Assembly (NCBI GenBank): GCA_963711305.1
Contig: CAVQDT010000001.1
Span: 514,432-578,431 of the forward strand
Origin: an uncultured Pseudomonadota bacterium
GTDB lineage: Bacteria; Myxococcota_A; Polyangia; Fen-1088
Length of the DNA: 64,000 bases
Direction: 5' to 3'
Shown here: piece by piece, positions 57,517 through 64,000 of the stretch
Layout: each line of letters starts with the position of its first letter
Position numbering within the stretch: the stretch's first letter is position 1
Translations under genes and position numbers: made by a program
The notes under the pieces: model-generated
What the model was told of the DNA's origin: nothing
What the model saw: the letters and a program-made list of their open reading frames with translations, nothing else
Database searches by the model: none

Positions 57517-58260
57517 TCAGACCGAAAGGCCGCCGGCGACCTCGAGCACCGTGCCGGTGACGAAGTCGTTCTCCGCGGCGTAGACCACGGCGCGCGCGAC
57601 CTCGTCGACGGTGCCCAGCCGGCGCAGCGGCGTCTTGCGCACCCACTCCTCGAGACGTTCGGGGGTCAGCCCCTGGCGCGTCGACGCGGTGTCGATGAAG
57701 CCGGGGGCGATGGAGACCACGCGAACTCCGAATCCGCCGAGCTCGCGCGCCCAGGTCACGGACAAAGCGTCGACGCCGGCCTTGGCTGCCGAGTAGGCGC
57801 TCTGCCCGGGATTGCCCGCCGCCATGACCGAGCTGATGTTGACGATCAGCCCGCGGGTGCGGCTGCGCACCATGCGCTCGACGACGTGCGAGCTCATCAC
57901 GAAGACGCTGGTCAGGTTCAGGCGCAACGCCTTGTCCCAGGTGCCAAGGTCGTGGCGCGCGTTTTCCTTGCCCAGCAGATTGAACAACGGCGCGCTGCAG
58001 ATCCAGCCGGCGGCGTTGACCAGCAGGTCGATCCGTCCATGCCGGGCGGTCACACTGTCGAGGACCTGGGAAACCGCCGCCGGATCGGCAACGTCGCACG
58101 GCAGCCCCCAGATCTGGTCGCCGGAGACCTGGGCCAGCTGCTCGGCGTTGATATCGAGACCGACGACGCGGCAGCCGCGCTCGGCCAGCGTCTTCGCGAT
58201 GCCGAGCCCGATGTTCTGTGCGGCCCCGGTGACCAGCGCGACGCTGTCCGCGAGCTTCAC
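57517..58260 (-). CDS. SDR-family oxidoreductase (FabG-like)
   Basis: VTGAAQNIG, NAAG, and YSAAKAG. Confidence 0.9.
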   Translation of the reverse strand: MKLADSVALVTGAAQNIGLGIAKTLAERGCRVVGLDINAEQLAQVSGDQIWGLPCDVADPAAVSQVLDSVTARHGRIDLLVNAAGWICSAPLFNLLGKENARHDLGTWDKALRLNLTSVFVMSSHVVERMVRSRTRGLIVNISSVMAAGNPGQSAYSAAKAGVDALSVTWARELGGFGVRVVSIAPGFIDTASTRQGLTPERLEEWVRKTPLRRLGTVDEVARAVVYAAENDFVTGTVLEVAGGLSV

Positions 58261-58499
58261 CGCAGCTCCACGCCGTGCGCGCGCAGCACGGTCGCGATGC
58301 CGGCAATCGAAGTCATGGTCACGATCTCGTCGGCCGACAGATTCACGCGATAGCGCTCCTCGATCGAGAGCACGAGCTCCATGTGCGCCAGCGAATCCCA
58401 GGACCGCGTATCGGCCATGGTCAGCGTGTCCGGCACCGGCCCAGCCGGCAGCCGAAGGGCCTTGCTGACGAGCTCTTTCAAACCGGTCATCACGGGCAA
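58257..58499 (-). CDS. acyl/peptidyl carrier protein
   Basis: 80 aa with a phosphopantetheine-attachment context (WDSLAHMELV). 4-nt overlap with the downstream SDR gene. Confidence 0.8.
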   Translation of the reverse strand: MPVMTGLKELVSKALRLPAGPVPDTLTMADTRSWDSLAHMELVLSIEERYRVNLSADEIVTMTSIAGIATVLRAHGVELR

Positions 58500-58628
58500 T
58501 TTATCACGGCTCCCCGGACGTGCCTAGGTCCCCGCGATCGGAATACGTGACGCCGCGAACGAAATCGCTTACGCTCGGCAACGCTCTGCAATCCGGATCT
58601 TTGTCTTTTGGGGCGCGAGGAGGGTTCG

Positions 58629-59785
58629 ATGGACGCAGATCTCGCTGAAGTGAATGCTCTTGGTGAGCAGTTGATGCAGGCGGGGCGCCCGCACGAAGCC
58701 CTGGCGCTCTTCGAGCTCGCCGTCAACGGTGACAAGCGGGAACGGCCTCTACATCAACAACCGCGCGGTTGCACGCGCAGAGCTCGGTGACCTCGTGGGC
58801 GCAGTCCGTGACCTGGAGCGCGCAATCACGTTCCCGGTCCATCGGCGCCTCGCAGCCCTGAATTACTCGGCGATCGGGCAGAACCACCTGCGCTTCGTCC
58901 GCCGCGCTCTCCACCATTGTCGGGAGTACCTGGCGTCGGGCGGCTCGGACGAGCGCGAGCAATTCGCGATCGCGATCGATACCCTCCAGCGACAGACCGC
59001 AATCGCCGATGCGTGGCTCGCGGATTGGGTCACGGGAATGTCGACGCATGCCCGCGAAAAGGTGAACCACACCGCTGAAGTGGCACAGTTCGTCCAGATG
59101 GGCGAGGTCATCGCCAAGCTCGTGCTCGATAACCTCCCGGGGATGAGCTCCGCCGAGACGATCCTGGACTTCGGCGTCGGTCTGGGACGGGTCTTGTGGC
59201 CGCTGGTTCAAATGATACCGGGGGCCAGCTTCATTGGCTACGACGTCGATCCGGCGATGATCAACTCGGTCCGGAAAATTCAGGACGATGGCGGACGTGC
59301 GCGTGTTGCACTCGACGACCGACATTGCCGATGCTTCAGTCGACGCCACCTTCGTGATCTCGGTCTTCACTCACCTGGACGTCACCACCGACTACTGGCT
59401 CGGCGAGCTCAAGCGCGTGCTCAAGGTCGGTGGGCGCGCCTTCATCTCGTTCCACGACGACACCATTTATCACGAGCTCCACGACGCGAAGAAGATCGAG
59501 CCGCAGCTGCCGCGCAATTTCAGCGGGCGAATCACGACCGGCGCGGGCGCGCAGGGCTCGACGCTGATGGCATCCTTTTACGAGACGGCGGAATGGGAGC
59601 GGACGCTCGGCCGATTCTTTCGGGTGGTCAAGTCGGCTCCCCGCGGGCTCCTCGACTATCAGTCGTTCTCGGTCGTGGAGAAGGTCGACGACCGCAACGA
59701 CGTGCTCGCCCACCAGCGCACCTACATCCGGGATCTCGAAAACGATCTCTACCGCCTGCGGGAAAACGCCAAGCTCGAGTTCTGA
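58629..59785 (+). CDS. TPR + class I methyltransferase protein; frame broken twice (~58732-58740 and ~59288-59293)
   Basis: GAGGAGG RBS before ATG 58629. Three consecutive ORF pieces lie in frames 2, 0 and 1: MDADLAEVNALGEQLMQAGRPHEALALFELAVNG / GNGLYINNRAVARAELGDL...ILDFGVGLGR...DVDPAMINSVRKIQDD / ADVRVLHSTTDIADASVDATFVISVFTHL... Confidence 0.6.
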
Positions 59786-59948
59786 CCGCTGCGCCACGGA
59801 AGCCGACGCTGGAGCGTCAAGGCTCTGACGGGGGCACGGATTTCTGACGCGCGCCAAACCGGAGAGAGCCACCTACACCGCGAAAATGTAGCGTCTCCGC
59901 GAGCTTTGCGCGCGCGCAGTTAGCACGTCGATTGCAACGCGCTGGTCC

Positions 59949-62349
59949 ATGATGTCCGCGCCCACCGGCGACCCCTTGGTATCGATCATCATCCCGGTCT
60001 TCAACAAGTGGGAGTACACGTCGAAGTGCCTGGCTGCGATCGCTGAGAACACGGGCGAAGTCCCGCACGAGGTGATCATCCTCGACAACGCCTCGAGCGA
60101 TGAAACGCCCAAAGAGCTGGCGCGCATCGACAACGTTCGCTGCCAGCGCAACGACAAGAACCTGGGATTCGCCAAGGCCTCGAACCAGGGCGCGCACATG
60201 GCGCGCGGCAAGTACTTCATGTTTCTCAACAACGACACCGAGCCGCGGGCGGGCTGGCTCTCTGCTCTGGTGAGGATGATCGAGGCCGACCCGAAGATCG
60301 CGATGGTGGGCAGCAAGCTGCTCTATCCCGACGGAACCATCCAGCACGGCGGCGTCGCATTCAGCTACGCCGGGCCTTTGCCCATCGCGCCTTTTCACCT
60401 TCACCTGCGTCGCCCCGCCAGCGCGAGCACCGAACGGCTGTGGCTGCGGGCGGTGACCGCGGCCTGCATGCTGTTGCGGCCCGACGTCTACCACGCGGTT
60501 GGCGGGTTCGACGAAGGGTACGTCAACGGCTACGAGGACGTCGATCTCTGCCTCAAGGTCTGGAAGACGGGCGCCAAGATCGTCTACACGCCCGAGAGCG
60601 TCGTCGTGCACCACGAATCGAAGAGCGAAGGCCGGTTCACCCGCGAAAACTTCAACATCGATCGGTTGAATCGCAGATGGGTCCGCGAGTTCAATGAGTT
60701 CGATCTCGACCCGCGCAAGGATATCCCCACCGCCGTCGTCGATCCGAACCGTCCCGGCACCAGCGTGATCGTCGCGATGTACGACGCTCTGTGGTCACTC
60801 GCTCCGTGTCTCGAGAACTTGCGTTACACGACCGGTCCGCAAGACGAGATCATCATCGTCGACGACGGCTCTCCGGGAGCCATCAGCGAATTCGCTGCAC
60901 ACTTTGCCGCCAGCTATCCGGAGCGTGTGCGATTGATCCGCAACGCTGCGCCCGTGGGCTTGCCGGCCGCCGCGCTGCAAGGCCTCGAGGCTGCGACGAA
61001 ATCCCGTGTCGCCGTGATGGTGCCTAGCTTGCGCGTCTTTGGCGACTGGCTGGGTCGCCTGGCGCGACATCTCGAGACCGTGCCCGGGCTCGGCGCGGTC
61101 ACCCCCAAGCTGCTTCCCGTCGGGCACCTCCCCTTGAACGATCTCGTCTATCCGGTGCGCGCCACCGCCACCGACGCGCCGCCCGCCGGCCCCGCGACCG
61201 TCGCGCCGACCCGAATTCCCGCCACGCCGTTGTTCTACGCCGAGCGCACACGCTTGCTGGCATTGGCTCGCGCAACGCCCGGGCTCCTGTTTGGCGACGA
61301 CCACGGCGCCCTCGCCGATGCTCTCGAGCGGCAAGGTATGATCCTGGGCCGCGCCGCCGACGTCGGCGTCTACAAGTTGACTCAGATCCCGGGCGACTCC
61401 GAAGAAGATCTCATCGAGCGCTGCATGGCGCAGGAGAGCGCCAACCTCGCCTACGAAGACAGCTATCGCCGCCACGGGGGACCCCCGCCCATCGGGACGG
61501 TCACCGCGGCCCAGACCGAGCTCACCAGCCTGGTCATCGTCGCCAGCGACGAGATCGAGGTCACGGCGGAATGTCTCGCTTCGATTTACGCGCACACTCA
61601 CCGATCATTCGAGGTGGTGCTCGTGGACAACGGAGCGAGCGGATCGTTGCGGGCGATGGCTGCCAGCGTGCGCAATCGTCAGGGGAACCTCACCTATGTC
61701 CGCGCCACAACCGGAGGAAGGTTATGCGCGGGCATGCAACCGCGGGTTGGTCGCCGCACGCGGCGAATACCTCGGGATCCTTCACAATGACGTCGTGGCG
61801 ACGCCCGGGTGGCTCAGTCGGTTGCTGGCCGGAATGGCCCTCGACCCATCGGTGGCGCTCGCGGGCCCCTCGCTCAGTCAGGCCGCCAACGTGCAGATGG
61901 TCAACATGCGAACCTACAGCAACGTCCGCGAGCTGCCTGCGTTCAGTCAGGACTGGGCGGTGAACCACAGCGGCGAAATCGCGGCGTTCAAGCCCCTGTC
62001 CGGTGTTTGTCTCGTGCTGAAGCGACAGGTGCTCGACCGCATCGGGGGCCTGGATCCGTTGTTTCGAGACGGTATCCGCGCCGATGACGACTTTTGCCTG
62101 CGCGCGTTTCGCGCCAGCTTCCGGATGGCCATCGTCTTCAGCGCCTTCGTCCACCATCACGGTGGCACGACCTTCAAGCGCCTCGGCATCGACCGCAAGG
62201 CTGCGGCCGCCCAGGCCGCACGGACGTTCTCGGGAAAGTGGGGCATCCCGCACGACCAAGAGATCGGCGCCGCCATCCAGGCGCTGGCCGACGAACCGTT
62301 CGATCCCGCGCGCGATCGCGTCCCGTTGCCCTACGACGATCTGCCGTGA
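59949..62349 (+). CDS. triple GT2-domain glycosyltransferase; frame broken at ~61701-61707
   Basis: GT2 #1 (VSIIIPVFNKWEYT...ILDNASSD...FLNNDT), GT2 #2 (SVIVAMYDALW...IIVDDGS), and GT2 #3 split between ORF 59949-61790 (LVIVASDE...VLVDNGAS...NLTYVRA) and ORF 61696-62349 (PQPEEGYARACNRG...ILHNDV...). Confidence 0.8.
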
Positions 62350-63593
62350 TCGCGCACGCCGAGGCCGCGCGGCGGCGGCCCGGTCAGCTTGTCGAAGAAG
62401 TTGGGGAAGGTCTTGGTGACGCACGCCGGGTTTTGCAGGCGGATGTCAGGGACGACGAGGCCGAGGGTGGCGAAGCACATGGCGATGCGGTGGTCGTCGT
62501 AAGTCGCGATCTCGGCGCCGTGCAGCGGAGACGGGGTGATCTCCAGCGTGTCGTCGGACTCGGTGACCAGCGCGCCACACTTCTGGAGCTCGGTGCGGAG
62601 CGCAAGGACGCGCTCGCACTCCTGGACGCGGAGGCGGCCGAGATCGGTGAAGCGCGTGGGACGCGCGGCGAAAGGCGCGAGGACGATCGCCGTCATGATG
62701 CTGTCGCCGAGGTCTCGCTCGCGCGAGAGCGTCTCGGGGAGCGGGAGATGGCGAGGAAAATCGGCGTCGATCTGCCAGCCGGAACGTGGCCAGTCGCGCA
62801 CCGAGACGCGGCTGCCGGCGGTCGGTCCGGGGCGATCGAGGAGCCAGCCGGCGGCCCAGAAGTAGCTGCCGCTCGAAGCGTCGGGCTCGATGGCAAAGCG
62901 GCCGCCCGCGGCGGGGAATGCCTGCACGAGCGCGCGGGTCATCTCCACGTAGGGTAGCTCCTCGGCGTCGCCGGCGGCCACGGTGATGTCCCAGCCGCCC
63001 GCGGGCGCGCACAGCAGCAGCGCGGAGGCAAACTGCGAGCTGCCAGCGGCTGCGACGGTGACGCGGGCCGGGTGCGGGCCGCCGGCGTGGATCACCGCAG
63101 GGAGGCGCCCGCCGGTGTCGTCGACGCGGTGGCCGAGCGCGCGTAGCGCTTCGAAGAGCGGCGCCTGCGGGCGCTGGTGCATGCGCGGGGCGCCGTGCAG
63201 CCGGTAGCTGCCGCGCCCCAGGCACACCAGCGCGGCCAGGAAGCGTGCGGCGGTTCCGGCATTGCCGACGTAGAGCTCGAGCGGCGCCTCGGGCGTCCCG
63301 GCGCGCGGGATGGCGCCGCCGCGACCCTCGACGGTGATGGTGCGGTTGGCCGGCTCGGCATCGTCGGGGGCGACCTCGACCGCGAAACCGAGGCTGCGAA
63401 GCGCCTCCACCATCACCTCGGTGTCATCGCTGGCCAAAGCCCCTTCGAGCGTGACGCGGCCGCGCGCGAGGGCGGCTGCGACGAGCGCGCGGTTGGTGAT
63501 GCTCTTCGACCCGGGGACGACGATCTCGGCCTGGACGGGCGACGAAAGCGGAACGATCTCTAGCAACGGTGGGAACGTCACGAAGTGCAGCAT
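62331..63593 (-). CDS. aroA: 3-phosphoshikimate 1-carboxyvinyltransferase (EPSP synthase)
   Basis: 420 aa. VPGSKSITNRALV start motif and a two-domain repeat pattern. Confidence 0.9.
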   Translation of the reverse strand: MLHFVTFPPLLEIVPLSSPVQAEIVVPGSKSITNRALVAAALARGRVTLEGALASDDTEVMVEALRSLGFAVEVAPDDAEPANRTITVEGRGGAIPRAGTPEAPLELYVGNAGTAARFLAALVCLGRGSYRLHGAPRMHQRPQAPLFEALRALGHRVDDTGGRLPAVIHAGGPHPARVTVAAAGSSQFASALLLCAPAGGWDITVAAGDAEELPYVEMTRALVQAFPAAGGRFAIEPDASSGSYFWAAGWLLDRPGPTAGSRVSVRDWPRSGWQIDADFPRHLPLPETLSRERDLGDSIMTAIVLAPFAARPTRFTDLGRLRVQECERVLALRTELQKCGALVTESDDTLEITPSPLHGAEIATYDDHRIAMCFATLGLVVPDIRLQNPACVTKTFPNFFDKLTGPPPRGLGVRDHGRSS

Positions 63594-63767
63594 AGCCCAA
63601 GAGAGAACTTCGCTCCGGCGATCTGCTCGACAGTAGAACGCTCCACGAGCAGAAAATTCCTCCTGTCGGCAGGTAGGTGTGGCACTTCGACCATCTCACC
63701 GGGCCTGGGTTCGCGAAAACGCTGCACCGCTTCAGCCATTCGCACGCACCATTGTTATGATGCGGCC

Positions 63768-64000
63768 ATGTCCGGGATCAGAGACGTCAAGGTCAACTTC
63801 TCGAAGCTGTCCGGTCGCGATCAGTTGCTTTTCCACTCGCTGACTGCAGCCGACGGCCTCAGTCAGCTCTTCGAGCTCAATCTCGAAGTATTGAGCGAGA
63901 ACGACATGATCGATCTCGAGACTGTCCTCGGCCAGGAGATGTCGGTGTCCGTCGAGCCGACGCTGGGTCCCGCCCGATTTTTCCACGGCTACGTCACCAG
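63768..64000 (+). CDS. vgrG: type VI secretion VgrG spike protein, N-terminal fragment (continues beyond window end)
   Basis: My translation from ATG 63768 gives MSGIRDVKVNFSKLSGRDQLLFHSLTAADGLSQLFELNLEVLSENDMIDLETVLGQEMSVSVEPTLGPARFFHGYVT. This is the canonical VgrG/gpD N-terminal pattern (..L.F..L.G.E.LS.LF...LE.LS......L..LLG....V.........R.FHG.V). Confidence 0.75.
   Translation, partial: MSGIRDVKVNFSKLSGRDQLLFHSLTAADGLSQLFELNLEVLSENDMIDLETVLGQEMSVSVEPTLGPARFFHGYVT

Noticed and set aside
2986-62349. Programmed +1 ribosomal frameshifting or transcriptional slippage as the cause of the eight frame breaks.
   Set aside because: I could not find a shared slippery heptamer, a rare-codon/stop context or a downstream structure at the eight sites. 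The single-extra-base explanation fits each one individually. This remains unverified without reads.

Overview
High-GC bacterial chromosomal segment. The many lipobox lipoproteins, Gly-rich linkers, three ECF sigma genes and lamin-tail, LamG and caspase proteins suggest Myxococcota; this is inference only, since no database search was possible. I support about 60 protein genes with no rRNA, tRNA or CRISPR. Main blocks: (1) 1-8 kb: a PAS sensor (partial), a GlxA-type regulator, gap, an M64-peptidase operon and a phosphoesterase. (2) 8.2-11.1 kb: an ECF sigma / ZAS anti-sigma / caspase-beta-barrel operon. (3) 11-37 kb: mixed envelope and redox genes, including a lamin-tail-domain protein, an MFS pump, two more ECF sigma loci, a PilZ-methyltransferase, cytochrome c peroxidase, AcpA-like phosphoesterase, L,D-transpeptidase, and PASTA, LamG and YihY proteins. 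(4) 37.2-45.3 kb: a polyhydroxyalkanoate locus (phasin-like ORF, phaB, class III/IV-type phaC, patatin, KAS III, phaZ, bdhA). (5) 47.2-62.3 kb: a glycan-decoration cluster with six or seven methyltransferases, GT2 domains, a NeuD-like acyltransferase and a DltA-like adenylating enzyme with carrier protein. (6) aroA and the 5' end of a T6SS vgrG at the window edge. Two things are not explained by ordinary annotation. First, a family of long nested inverted-repeat elements (41834-42482 and 56494-56820) sits exactly between convergent stop codons. Second, eight frame disruptions affect seven otherwise well-supported genes. All eight lie in plus-strand genes and all shift the frame by +1. Gene starts are best guesses from RBS and signal-peptide context. 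Most other long ORFs in the track are alternate-frame or antisense artefacts of the high GC content.
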